Assembly (NCBI GenBank): GCA_018238545.1
Contig: JABCTC010000015.1
Span: 1 to 64,000, forward strand
From: Candidatus Heimdallarchaeota archaeon
GTDB lineage: Archaea; Asgardarchaeota; Heimdallarchaeia; Heimdallarchaeales; Heimdallarchaeaceae
DNA: 64,000 nt
Reading direction: 5' to 3'
Part shown: positions 1-10,007 of the stretch, piece by piece
How the letters are laid out: every line of letters begins with the position of its first letter
How positions within the stretch are numbered: position 1 is the first letter of the stretch
The notes under the pieces: generated by a model
The model's input: the letters and a program-made list of their open reading frames with translations, nothing else
What the model was told of the DNA's origin: nothing
Databases searched by the model: none
Program-made: the position numbers and the translations under genes

Positions 1-1170
1 TGCAATTAGGGGGACTAAACTCGCATTTGGAAAATCTTTCCGTATAGCATTCCTCATTGCCGTAACAAAATCTGATTTCACTGGGCTAGCTGTGCCCATT
101 GACACTATGCCTTCTTTTGCTTCAATTCTTTCAATACTTGTTTCTTCCGCGAGTTCCTTTAACGCTTTCTTAACATGAAGAACAATATAGTCATAATCTT
201 GACCAGGTAGTGTCCTAATATCTAATTCTAAAATAGCTTCTGAAGCAATTATGTTGATTTTTTTTCCACCTTGTATAATATTTGGTGATATGGTCATCCT
301 GCTCAAGCTGTGCAAAACCTTTGACATTTCAGGATTTCCTTTATTGAGGTTTTTGAGAATAATTGGAAATAGCTTTCTATTTGTGATAAACGACCTTAGA
401 ATGAAATTCATTCCTAAACCTTTAACTAAATGACTAATGTAAGTAGTATCAATAGGTATTTTGTTATCACAATAATCTGTAAGATAAAGTGTTGCTTTAG
501 ATGCTTTATGTATAGCATTATCACTTGAGTAAGGAGCGCTACCATGTCCAGGAGTTCCTTGAAACTTCAATTTTAATCCTGTTGCGCCTTTTTCACCATT
601 GATTATGACGAATTTGTCTTTACTGATCTGAATACCACCAGCTTCCGTTACAGCATACATCTTACGGTTATTGAAACTCAATTCATTGGATTGATTTTTT
701 ATCATCCAATCAGCTCCCCACATCCCTCCTGTTTCCTCATCTGCAACAATAAATAGAACCAAATCTCCTTTTGGTTTGAATTTTTCTTGTGAGAGCAAAA
801 CAAAAGCTTGAACTTGTGAAACAACAATGAATAGCATATCTAATGTACCTCTACCCCAAATAAAACCGTCCTTCCTTACACCTTCAAATGGATTTTCTTT
901 CCAGTCGTCAGGTTTAGTAACTGGGACAACGTCTACATGACTTGGTCCAAAAATCAATCCAGGAGCTTCTTTATCTGTACCAGGAATTACAGCTACTAAG
1001 TTACCTCTGTTTTTTGTAGATTCAAATACTTTACAGCTAACGCCCTTATTTTTCAGAAATTTTTCAATTGTATTAATTGATCTCATTTCATCCCCTGGAG
1101 GATTAACACACTTGTTCTGAATCAATTCTATAAGAAGTTGATATGTCTCTTCGACGTATTTGTTATCCAT
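1..1170 (-). CDS. M20/M25/M40 family metallopeptidase (ArgE/DapE-like), 3' end outside window
   Basis: Manual translation from ATG at 1170: MDNKYVEETYQLLIELIQNKCVNPPGDE...GPSHVDVVPV...GRGTLDM...VADEETGG...GTPGHGS (M20 metal ligands). Not in ORF track because it runs off the edge. Confidence 0.9.
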   Translation of the reverse strand, partial: MDNKYVEETYQLLIELIQNKCVNPPGDEMRSINTIEKFLKNKGVSCKVFESTKNRGNLVAVIPGTDKEAPGLIFGPSHVDVVPVTKPDDWKENPFEGVRKDGFIWGRGTLDMLFIVVSQVQAFVLLSQEKFKPKGDLVLFIVADEETGGMWGADWMIKNQSNELSFNNRKMYAVTEAGGIQISKDKFVIINGEKGATGLKLKFQGTPGHGSAPYSSDNAIHKASKATLYLTDYCDNKIPIDTTYISHLVKGLGMNFILRSFITNRKLFPIILKNLNKGNPEMSKVLHSLSRMTISPNIIQGGKKINIIASEAILELDIRTLPGQDYDYIVLHVKKALKELAEETSIERIEAKEGIVSMGTASPVKSDFVTAMRNAIRKDFPNASLVPLIA

Positions 1171-1265
1171 TCTAGTTCAACTCTAATACACTTGGATATC
1201 TATCTGCTTAAATCAATATTGGTATTTAGAACGATTTTTAAAATACAAGTTAAGCTATAAATTAG

Positions 1266-2024
1266 ATGAGCAATATTCCCCAAATTGAAAGAGAAGTTGA
1301 TAAAATAGCTGAAATGATAAAAGATTCACAATATTTAGTTGTTTTTACAGGGGCGGGAATAAGCACAGAATCGGGCCTTTCAGATTTTAGGGGAAAAGAC
1401 GGGATATGGACACGGAAAGAGAAAGGACTTCCTCCAAAACATGGGAAACACTTTGATGATGTTAAACCAAACAAAGCTCATTATGCAATCAAAGAACTAC
1501 AAGATATGAAGTTAATGAAATATCTAATTTCACAAAACGTGGATAATCTGCATATAGAATCTGGAATTGATTCTTCCCTAATATCTGAACTACATGGGAA
1601 TTATAAATTAATGAAGTGCATGGATTGCGATACAAGATTTACTAGAGTTGAACTTAAATGGGATAGAGATATTCATGGTAGAGGTTTTAGAACTGAACCT
1701 CAACAAGCCAATCATCCTGTGTGTCTTGAATGTGGTGGAAGGATTATTTCAGCTGTAGTAAATTTCAATGATCCTATGCCTGAAAAGGAAATGAAAATGT
1801 CTAAGAAACATGCAGCTAAATGTGATTTAATGCTAGTTATAGGTTCTAGTTTATCTGTTCAACCTGCATCTAATTTTCCACGAAAGGCTAAAAAAAATGG
1901 AGCGAAATTAATAATAATTAACATTGATGCAACTCCACAAGATGATTTAGCTGACATCAGAGTTGCACACAAGGCAGGAAAGATCTTACCTTATATTATA
2001 GAAAAACTAAAGAAAATACTGTAA
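1266..2024 (+). CDS. NAD-dependent protein deacylase, sirtuin (class IV / SIRT6-7-like)
   Basis: GAGISTESG..DFRG, SQNVDNLH, ELHGN, CxxC..CxxC zinc module, GSSL; short loop GIWTRKEKGLPPK instead of the helical bundle. Confidence 0.95.
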   Translation: MSNIPQIEREVDKIAEMIKDSQYLVVFTGAGISTESGLSDFRGKDGIWTRKEKGLPPKHGKHFDDVKPNKAHYAIKELQDMKLMKYLISQNVDNLHIESGIDSSLISELHGNYKLMKCMDCDTRFTRVELKWDRDIHGRGFRTEPQQANHPVCLECGGRIISAVVNFNDPMPEKEMKMSKKHAAKCDLMLVIGSSLSVQPASNFPRKAKKNGAKLIIINIDATPQDDLADIRVAHKAGKILPYIIEKLKKIL

Positions 2025-2169
2025 AATAGGCTTGGTTTCTTTTATTGCTGTACAAATTCTTTTGTTAAATTCAATATGTTTTTAATCCAATAAAGCAACT
2101 AATTATACCTATGTAGCAAAACCTTTGGGTGTGTATTTTAGACTATAATAACTTTGGTAAGGGTTAAAA

Positions 2170-4347
2170 TTGGGGCAATCATTAGAAGAAAACTATTCTC
2201 AAATAGAAGAAATGATAATTAAAGGAAATTACATTTCAGCATTAGATAACCTTGAAAAAACTGAACAAATCTCTGACATTGTTCCAGGGCAAAAATTAAA
2301 ATTTCAAATTCTTAAAGCTCGTGTTTTACTAGATTTAGGTGAGTATCAAAAGTGTCTAGTATTGTCTATAAATACTTTTCAAGAAAGTGAAAATCTCTGT
2401 GAAAGGGTGATAATGATTGATTCTAAAATCTCAATGATAGCTTCAATGAGGTATTTGGGTAAATTCAAAGAAGCGAACAATATAATCAAGGAAGCTGAGA
2501 CCTTAATTAGCGAAACAGAAGAAGCATATGAAACAGATTTGAAACTACAAGAAGCAAGACTTCTCTTCAATAAAGGTATTTGTGGCAGAGCAACAGGAAA
2601 TCAAGATATTACAGATGAAAGCCTTCCAAAAAGCATAGAAATATTCGAAATATTGCAAAATAAAACAGAATATTGCGATTCTCTTGAAGCCAAAGCTATG
2701 CATATAGATGCAAGTAAGGATTACAAACTAGCTATTGAAACCTTAATGAAAAGTTTGAAAATAAGGGAGGAAATTGGTAATAAACAAAGATTAGCAAATA
2801 CTTACAATAGGCTTGGAGTACATACTGCGAATTTAGGGTTAAATAATGAAGCTCTAGATTACTATATTAAGGGACTGGAAATAGCTAAGGAATTGAAGAT
2901 TAAAGATTTGATAGCTATATTTACTATGAATATTGGAAATATAAGTGCTAAGAAGGGACAACTAGCTGAAGCTCTTAGTTCTTATCTTGAAGCACAACAA
3001 CATAGTAGGTCAATAGGAAACAAACATATGTCTGCTGCTATTATGATTAATGTTGCTGATATTTATCTAAGAAGAGGAGAAATAGAAAAAGCATTGGAAT
3101 ATAATAAGCTAGCATTAAAGGGCTTTGAAGAACTAAATTTTAGACAAGGAATTGCAGCAATATTGAGAAATATTGGAAAAGTGTATTATACAAAAGGAAA
3201 TCTGGAATTAGCCTCAACATTTTTCAATGAAAGTTTGTCAATCAGACAAGAGCTTAATGAAATATTCAGTGTTGCAGAGATTCTGTATAATTTAGTTACG
3301 ATCTATTTGGATGAAGGTCTTCTTGAGCAAGCAAAAGATTATCACAGCCAGCTAGAAAAAATAAAAGAACAAAATTCACTCCCAATCATCAATCATTTGT
3401 ACAGTATTTCAGAAGCCAAATTGCTAAAATCAACTCCTCGACTCAAAAACCGTGTTATGGCAGAAGAGCTTCTTCTATCAATTATTGAAGATGATATTCT
3501 TAGTCATACAATTACAATTGATGCATATCTGCTGCTATGTGAATTATTACTTGATGAACTGAAATTACTAGGTGACAAAACTGTTCTTAATGAATTAACA
3601 GAATACATAGAAAATCTATTTGATATTGCAAAGGTTCAACAATCGCACTCTCTACTGGCAAAAACCTATTTGTTAAAATCTCAATTAGCTCTTATTAACT
3701 TTGAAGTAGACAAAGCTAAAAATCTCCTGAGCCAAGCTCAGTTTATAGCTGAAGAAAAGGAATTGCACGGGCTAGCTTACAACATTTCACAAGAATATGA
3801 CAACCTTATCAATCACAAAGATGATTGGATATTATTAGCTCAGAGAAATGCTCCATTAGGTGAGAGACTGGCTTTAATCACAATGAATGATGCTCTTCAG
3901 ACAATGATAGGTAACAAGGGTATTGCTCTACCAGAGATAATAAAAGAAGAACCAGTATATCTTATAATTCAGAATAATTCTGGAAAAACTATTTTCACAG
4001 AAGAATTCCAATCTCTATCTAAACTTGATGGAGCTTTAATTGGTGGATTCATCGCAGCATTAAATTCTTTTGTCCAGGAACTGTTTCATACTCCAGGACA
4101 TATTGAGCGAATAAAACATCAAGACTATACCATGGTTTTGAAGATACATGAAGGTGTATTAGTTACATATATTTACAAAGGACAATCATACTCTTCCATA
4201 AAAAAATTAAGCAATTTTGTAGATTCGCTTGCTACAACTCCTAATGTATGGAAGGCACTACAACAAAGCTTTGCATCTCCTGAAGTGTTGAGTGTGGAAG
4301 AACTATCTTCCATAAAGAAAATATCTGAAAGCTGTTTTGTACTTTAA
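2170..4347 (+). CDS. TPR-repeat protein with C-terminal longin-like domain
   Basis: Repeated TPR-like units (LANTYNRLG, IAAILRNIGKVY..G); C-terminal LIIQNNSGKTIF...LIGGFIAALNSFVQE...IKHQDYTMVL pattern; TTG start. Confidence 0.8.
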   Translation: MGQSLEENYSQIEEMIIKGNYISALDNLEKTEQISDIVPGQKLKFQILKARVLLDLGEYQKCLVLSINTFQESENLCERVIMIDSKISMIASMRYLGKFKEANNIIKEAETLISETEEAYETDLKLQEARLLFNKGICGRATGNQDITDESLPKSIEIFEILQNKTEYCDSLEAKAMHIDASKDYKLAIETLMKSLKIREEIGNKQRLANTYNRLGVHTANLGLNNEALDYYIKGLEIAKELKIKDLIAIFTMNIGNISAKKGQLAEALSSYLEAQQHSRSIGNKHMSAAIMINVADIYLRRGEIEKALEYNKLALKGFEELNFRQGIAAILRNIGKVYYTKGNLELASTFFNESLSIRQELNEIFSVAEILYNLVTIYLDEGLLEQAKDYHSQLEKIKEQNSLPIINHLYSISEAKLLKSTPRLKNRVMAEELLLSIIEDDILSHTITIDAYLLLCELLLDELKLLGDKTVLNELTEYIENLFDIAKVQQSHSLLAKTYLLKSQLALINFEVDKAKNLLSQAQFIAEEKELHGLAYNISQEYDNLINHKDDWILLAQRNAPLGERLALITMNDALQTMIGNKGIALPEIIKEEPVYLIIQNNSGKTIFTEEFQSLSKLDGALIGGFIAALNSFVQELFHTPGHIERIKHQDYTMVLKIHEGVLVTYIYKGQSYSSIKKLSNFVDSLATTPNVWKALQQSFASPEVLSVEELSSIKKISESCFVL

Positions 4348-4355
4348 GCTGTTTT

Positions 4356-5444
4356 CTATCTCCAATCAAAGTAGAAGGATTCAATTTTTTCTGGAAAATC
4401 TATATCTTCTAGTAACATCATATCTAGATGAAGCGTTTTTGGGTGAAAGATGAATTTTGCCTTCTTAAGAGGTTTAGGGTCAAAATATGGTATATATGGT
4501 GTCTGAAGTGCTATCCAACCTCTTCTCTTTGCAGAAAAACTAGCAAAATGTGCAAGTTCTTTTGCTTCTCTTGTAGTTAAACCATGTATGTGAACTATGT
4601 CCAACCATCCGCATGGGAAATGATATCCAAAACCTGCAAGATTAAACTCCCAAGCGAGGATAAAACCTTTTGCAACATCCTTTTGATTAGTATGAACTGC
4701 GCAAAGAACTACTGGTTGATCAAGTACCCACTCTAAATCCTCTTTCTTCGGTACAATAGACAGCTGATTTCTTTGAACATGCTCCATTAATAGTTCAAAT
4801 AATCTATCAGAATCTGATTTCTTGAAATTTCTAACATTATTACTTTTAACCTTGGAGACTCCTTGAATGAATTTGAATGCTTGTGCTTCATACCATTTAA
4901 CTTTGACAACTTTAGCTAATTTTTTTGCATCAAGAACCCTTATGACGAAATTCTTCATAGAAGTTACACGTTTGATAATAAGATTTCCTTTTTTTACTAC
5001 TATTCTAGATATATCATTACCATACTGTTCAGGTTCAAAAATGGAAAAACCACCAACATAACCTGCATCTTTGCATATATCATATATTTTTTCACCTAGA
5101 GCTGTTGCTATGCCTTTTCTTTGATGATCAGAATGAACACAAAGCCAAGATGGAATGACAAATTTGTAATTTTTGTCAACAATTTTCAACTCTCGGGGAA
5201 TTGCTCCTAAAAAGCCCACAACTTCATTAGTTTCTTTATGTATTGCTTTCACAAATAAATTTCTATCTCCAGAGGGTGCGCCATACATCATCCGAAATGT
5301 ATCTTCATTAAAGACTATAGAAGCTCCTTCCTCTTGGGCGGCTCCATCTTCAAGAAAAGACGAAGTTATTAATTTATTAAACTCATCGAAATCTTTGTCC
5401 TCCAAAGTGAACTGTTCTATAATATATTCTGATTTGTTTTTCAT
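4356..5444 (-). CDS. Double-GNAT acyltransferase, N-myristoyltransferase-like
   Basis: VVGFLGAIP...WLCVHSDHQRKGIA acyl-CoA motif; collinear resemblance to NMT in both halves. Confidence 0.75.
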   Translation of the reverse strand: MKNKSEYIIEQFTLEDKDFDEFNKLITSSFLEDGAAQEEGASIVFNEDTFRMMYGAPSGDRNLFVKAIHKETNEVVGFLGAIPRELKIVDKNYKFVIPSWLCVHSDHQRKGIATALGEKIYDICKDAGYVGGFSIFEPEQYGNDISRIVVKKGNLIIKRVTSMKNFVIRVLDAKKLAKVVKVKWYEAQAFKFIQGVSKVKSNNVRNFKKSDSDRLFELLMEHVQRNQLSIVPKKEDLEWVLDQPVVLCAVHTNQKDVAKGFILAWEFNLAGFGYHFPCGWLDIVHIHGLTTREAKELAHFASFSAKRRGWIALQTPYIPYFDPKPLKKAKFIFHPKTLHLDMMLLEDIDFPEKIESFYFDWR

Positions 5445-5571
5445 AATGACACCTGATAATATTAGAATCTAATGTGTTTGAACAGAACATGAATTATACT
5501 TCTCCTTTATAAGTTTTACAACTCTACTGGTATCAATGACGCTTATTTTCGTCTCTCAAGACTAATTATTT

Positions 5572-6420
5572 TTACTTCATGATAAATTCACGAATTAGAT
5601 CGACAATCGGCTTCGAATGAGTGTTTTTATTGGTCTTTAAATCAACCAGTTCTGCATTTGGTATTAGCGATGCAATCTCTCTAGTAATTTCCGTTTCATG
5701 CATCTTATCTTTACTCTCATCAACGACTAACACTTTTGTATCAATTTCAGGATAAATATTCTCATAAGTTACGGTTACAAAGTTTCTGAGACCTTTCTTC
5801 CATTTCTTTGGGTCTGCCTCGTTCCCCACACGTATGTATTTTGCAGCTTGTTCTGGGGATTCAGATTTTTTTCGTTTTATCCAGACGAAAGCCAGTTTTC
5901 TAATTATTCTAACAAAAAAAGCTGGAAGTATTAGAATCATCCAACGCATATATGCAGGAATTGGTATTTTCAATATTGGTCCTACAAAAACAGTCAATAT
6001 TGGCTGTAGATTATTATATGCAATGGTGTGCGCTATGATTGGTACGCTGGAAGATGATGCAAAAGCGATAAGTTTGTCTTCTTCTAATTCGAGTTGTCTA
6101 ATTGTTTCTTTTATGTCTTCTGAATATGCTTCCATGTCCATTTTGGCTTTCTTAATTAATTTACTTGATCCCTTTTCTCTAGATTCAAAATAAACTATGT
6201 CAAAATCTTTCATTGCATCAACCAATAATTCATCCCACCCTAAAATTATGGAACCAAAAGCAGGATTAACGAATAATGTAAAACCATTACTACTATCTTC
6301 TTTAGCATGGGTTCTCAAAATTTTAAGCTGTGATTCATCTGACATCTCAAGATAACTTTCTTCTGCATATCTCTCATATTCAGCTTGAGATAAAGTGTCA
6401 TATTTGTTTTTTTCAGACAT
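5572..6420 (-). CDS. alpha/beta hydrolase fold protein
   Basis: YFESREKGSS; nucleophile-elbow-like AFASSSS; late Asp (DKMH) and His (NTHS); ATG at 6420 preferred over track start 6432. Confidence 0.7.
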   Translation of the reverse strand: MSEKNKYDTLSQAEYERYAEESYLEMSDESQLKILRTHAKEDSSNGFTLFVNPAFGSIILGWDELLVDAMKDFDIVYFESREKGSSKLIKKAKMDMEAYSEDIKETIRQLELEEDKLIAFASSSSVPIIAHTIAYNNLQPILTVFVGPILKIPIPAYMRWMILILPAFFVRIIRKLAFVWIKRKKSESPEQAAKYIRVGNEADPKKWKKGLRNFVTVTYENIYPEIDTKVLVVDESKDKMHETEITREIASLIPNAELVDLKTNKNTHSKPIVDLIREFIMK

Positions 6421-6543
6421 TATATCAAGCAAAGCATATCTAATGTATTATTAAATTTTGCTTGAATTAGGATTGAATTAAGAATGGTTTATAAATAGTG
6501 ACTAAAATATCGTGCACACATCAAATTTCAAAGTGATGAACCT

Positions 6544-7350
6544 ATGATTTTCGATTTAATACTTCTAGCGGGTTTCAGTGAAAACGATGCTTTACTGTGT
6601 GAGAAGGAAGGAGTTACAAAAAAACCATTTTTAAAATTAGGGGATAAAACATTCATTGAGCATCTTGTTGTAAATCTCCAACCACTGAAAGGCTTAAGAG
6701 ATATTTATCTCAGTGGAATGGCAGAGAAAGAATGGAAAACTGATCTCCCAGTAATTTTTGTTGAAGATGAAGGAGATATAATTTCCAAGCTTAGAAGGCA
6801 TCGCGTAACTTATTACTCTGATAAAGAAGAACCTGATTATGTTATAGTAGTATCAGGTGATACTCCTTTGGTTACAGCAGAATCCGTTGAAAGATTTATT
6901 GAAAGATGTAAAGCAACAACAGGTGGGAAATTAACTGGGCTTTACTATATGAGTTTGATAGATCAAAAAGATATGGTCGTAAAGTTTCCAGAATCAAATA
7001 GATCTTATGCGAAATTTAGAGATGTTACATTTGCAAGTGGTGATACTCTGTTAGCAAAACCTTCAATCATAGATTCTCACGGGGAAGTTCTAGATAGAAT
7101 GGTAAATAACAGAAAATCAGTTTTTAAATCCTTAGCAGTTGTAAGTCCAATATTCGCAATTAAAACGGTTCTAGGATTAGCTTCTCTCAATGACTTGAAT
7201 AATGCAATAAACAAGAAAATATTCAAAACTCCAAATGCTTGTCTAGGAGTAATTGTTGAAGACGCAGAGCTAGGTATGGATGTAGATAAACCATTTCAGC
7301 TTGATGTTGTTAGAGATTACTATCAAAAAAATATAGCTAACAAGAAGTAG
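6544..7350 (+). CDS. Nucleotidyltransferase (MobA/NTP_transf_3-like)
   Basis: ILLAG..K.FLKLGDKTFIEH, VVSGDTPL, GMDVDKP. Confidence 0.8.
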   Translation: MIFDLILLAGFSENDALLCEKEGVTKKPFLKLGDKTFIEHLVVNLQPLKGLRDIYLSGMAEKEWKTDLPVIFVEDEGDIISKLRRHRVTYYSDKEEPDYVIVVSGDTPLVTAESVERFIERCKATTGGKLTGLYYMSLIDQKDMVVKFPESNRSYAKFRDVTFASGDTLLAKPSIIDSHGEVLDRMVNNRKSVFKSLAVVSPIFAIKTVLGLASLNDLNNAINKKIFKTPNACLGVIVEDAELGMDVDKPFQLDVVRDYYQKNIANKK

Positions 7351-7387
7351 GAACAATTTAAATAGATTATAGACCAAATAAATATCT

Positions 7388-9076
7388 GTGTTAATGATGT
7401 TTAATATGCGTTCTATTATAAAATTTAAAGTTGCTATTATAATTGCCATTCTATTCTCAACACCTTCTTTTTCATTTACTGAGGATAGTTTATCGTTGAA
7501 TGTTGATGAATTAAATATTGAAACGATATTAAATTCTATATCTCAACCAATAATCGAAGATAGTTCTTTGGTGAATTTAACCGTTCTCCATATAAATGAC
7601 ATACATGGATGGATAGAACCCCATGATGGTTATGGAGGCGCTGCAACATATATGGGTTATTTCAATCAAGAGGGTTATACTTATGATAATGATACATTCC
7701 TTCTGTTGTCTGGAGGTGACCAAAACACCGGTCCAGCAGTCGCGACTTTGAGTAAAGGGGAAGCAGTTATTGATGTTATGAACACAATGAATTTTTCAGC
7801 CGCGTGCATAGGAAATCACGAATTTGATTTTGGTGTAGAATGGTTAGAAAAGCGAAAAGAAATGGCAAATTTTCCAATTTTATCCTGTAACATCTATGAT
7901 AAAGGAACAATTGATCTAGCTAATTTTACAGTTCCTTATGTAGTTCAGAATCACGGAGGAATAAGCGTAGGGATAATAGGTTTAACTACAACTTCAACTT
8001 ATACTTCAGCGCATCCAAAAATAACCCAGTATTTCGATTTTTCGAATTTTGAAACATCAGTAAGAAAATACTATAATGATGTGATAACAGCAGGAGCTGA
8101 AATTGTAATTGTGCTAGCACATGATTCCCCAAATGTTTTGTCTTCTTTAGCTTCAGCTGTAGATGACCTAAATATATCGTTATTCTTAGGAGGTCATGGT
8201 GGGACTCCAACCATCAGTTATGTAGGCGATTCAATGGTGGCAATGGCAGGTCATTATGCTACTCAATATGCAAAAATAATCTTATCCTATGATACTGTTT
8301 CAGAGAGTATAGTGCATAAAGAAGGAATTCTCGTAAATAATGTAGAAGGAGGAGTAACCCCCGTATCAGAAGTACAACAAGTCGTAGATTATTGGGTTGA
8401 TACAATTAATGCTACAGAAATATTAACATATGCTTCAGAAGATGTTTACGATAGTTCTCCAGAAAGTGAGATCGGCAATCTAATCGCTGATGGGATGATG
8501 CATAATTTCTATTGGGATTTTAACTTTGCAGTTACAAATAGAGGAGGAGGGATAAGGGATTATTTCAGAGAAGGGGATATAACAATTGCAGATGTTGTTT
8601 CGGTTATTCCATTTGAGAATAATATACTTGAAATCACTGTTACTGGAGCAGAACTTAATGATATCATTAGATACAATCACGGATATAATGTTTATAGTGG
8701 AATTATCTACAGCTATAGTAATAATCCTTCATTTCACCTCACATCAATTAAGGTTTATGAGGCAGGAGTATTTGTGGATATTGACATGTCAAAGACTTAC
8801 ACTGGGTTGATGACTGATTATACATGGTGGGTTAATTATCAAGGTGAGTTTTCAGCTTATGACACAGGAGTTCATTATCGTGATGCCGTAATAGTTTATT
8901 TCAGGACTTTAGATGACATTTCACTCCATACTCTAGATAATAGAATTTTCTACTCTGATGACGGACCATTCGCATCAGAATTTTCAATGATGCCTCCCTT
9001 AATTTTCGGGGTTTTTATGCTATCAATAATCTTGATGAGTTATACTAAAAAACATAAAAAACGGAAACAAACATAG
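7388..9076 (+). CDS. Membrane-anchored 5'-nucleotidase / metallophosphoesterase (UshA-like)
   Basis: LHINDIHG, GGD, GNHEFDFG, LAH, GGH, NxGGIR, PFEN; signal peptide and C-terminal TM with basic tail. Confidence 0.9.
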   Translation: MLMMFNMRSIIKFKVAIIIAILFSTPSFSFTEDSLSLNVDELNIETILNSISQPIIEDSSLVNLTVLHINDIHGWIEPHDGYGGAATYMGYFNQEGYTYDNDTFLLLSGGDQNTGPAVATLSKGEAVIDVMNTMNFSAACIGNHEFDFGVEWLEKRKEMANFPILSCNIYDKGTIDLANFTVPYVVQNHGGISVGIIGLTTTSTYTSAHPKITQYFDFSNFETSVRKYYNDVITAGAEIVIVLAHDSPNVLSSLASAVDDLNISLFLGGHGGTPTISYVGDSMVAMAGHYATQYAKIILSYDTVSESIVHKEGILVNNVEGGVTPVSEVQQVVDYWVDTINATEILTYASEDVYDSSPESEIGNLIADGMMHNFYWDFNFAVTNRGGGIRDYFREGDITIADVVSVIPFENNILEITVTGAELNDIIRYNHGYNVYSGIIYSYSNNPSFHLTSIKVYEAGVFVDIDMSKTYTGLMTDYTWWVNYQGEFSAYDTGVHYRDAVIVYFRTLDDISLHTLDNRIFYSDDGPFASEFSMMPPLIFGVFMLSIILMSYTKKHKKRKQT

Positions 9077-9154
9077 TTTGAAAAAACTAATTTTCCTCTT
9101 TTTTCTTATTTCTAATGATTCATAAAGGATATTAAGATATGATAACTATTTTCG

Positions 9155-9964
9155 ATGACAATAATGAATCTGCAGACATCAGAAGTGAATCTACCAGAAG
9201 CTCTAGTTGAACGATTGAAAAGTTATCATTGGCAGAAAGTTAACATTGGTTGGTCACGTTCTGAAATCCATAAGTTAACACAATCAAAAAAACCTACTCT
9301 CTTCCTTAAAATAAATGATTATTCTGGTGATCTGTTCTTCAATAAAGAATATGAAATGTTAAAATGGTTGAAAGATAAGATATCTGTTCCTGATGTTATT
9401 TATCACAGTACCAATTCTGAATATGAATTTCTTCTACTCACTGAAATTCTTGGAAAGGTTTCATATGAAGTATTTTCGAAATCTGATATTGAAACTAATC
9501 TTAAAATCCTAGCCGAAGGTTTACAAATATTTCATGCTCTACCTCTGGCTGGTTGTCCCAACGCGTTTGATATTGATAAGCTGATTCAGTATGCTAAAGA
9601 AAGACTAGAACAGGGTTTGATCAATGATGAAAACTTTGATGTCAGATGGAAACACAAAACTCCTGATGAACTATTTAAAGACGTGAAGCGACTGATGCCA
9701 AAAGAAATTGATGAAGTAGTGACTCATGGTGATTATTGCTTACCGAATGTGTTGATAAATACTAACGAGTTGAGCGGTTTCATTGATTTAGGAAGTGCGG
9801 GGATTAATGATCGTTACTATGATTTAGCAGCTGTTTCATGGAGCATTTCCTATAATTTCGGTCAAAAATGGGTGCCATATTTCTTTGAAAAGTATGGGAT
9901 TAATAACGATGAAATTGATAGAGAAAGAATGCTTTTCTATCAAATGTTAAATGAATTTTATTAA
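9155..9964 (+). CDS. Aminoglycoside 3'-phosphotransferase-like kinase (APH(3') family)
   Basis: LFLK, VVTHGDYCLPNVLI, GFIDLG..G..DRYYDLA, C-terminal FYQMLNEFY. Confidence 0.85.
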   Translation: MTIMNLQTSEVNLPEALVERLKSYHWQKVNIGWSRSEIHKLTQSKKPTLFLKINDYSGDLFFNKEYEMLKWLKDKISVPDVIYHSTNSEYEFLLLTEILGKVSYEVFSKSDIETNLKILAEGLQIFHALPLAGCPNAFDIDKLIQYAKERLEQGLINDENFDVRWKHKTPDELFKDVKRLMPKEIDEVVTHGDYCLPNVLINTNELSGFIDLGSAGINDRYYDLAAVSWSISYNFGQKWVPYFFEKYGINNDEIDRERMLFYQMLNEFY

Positions 9965-10007
9965 ATTTGGAAAAAATATATATTCTGTAAATTATTTCTT
10001 CTAGCTG

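Noticed and set aside
1266-4347. Sir2-based antiphage system (Thoeris, Sir2-HerA, DSR)
   Set aside because: The sirtuin is a standalone zinc-containing deacylase type; no HerA, pAgo or TIR partner
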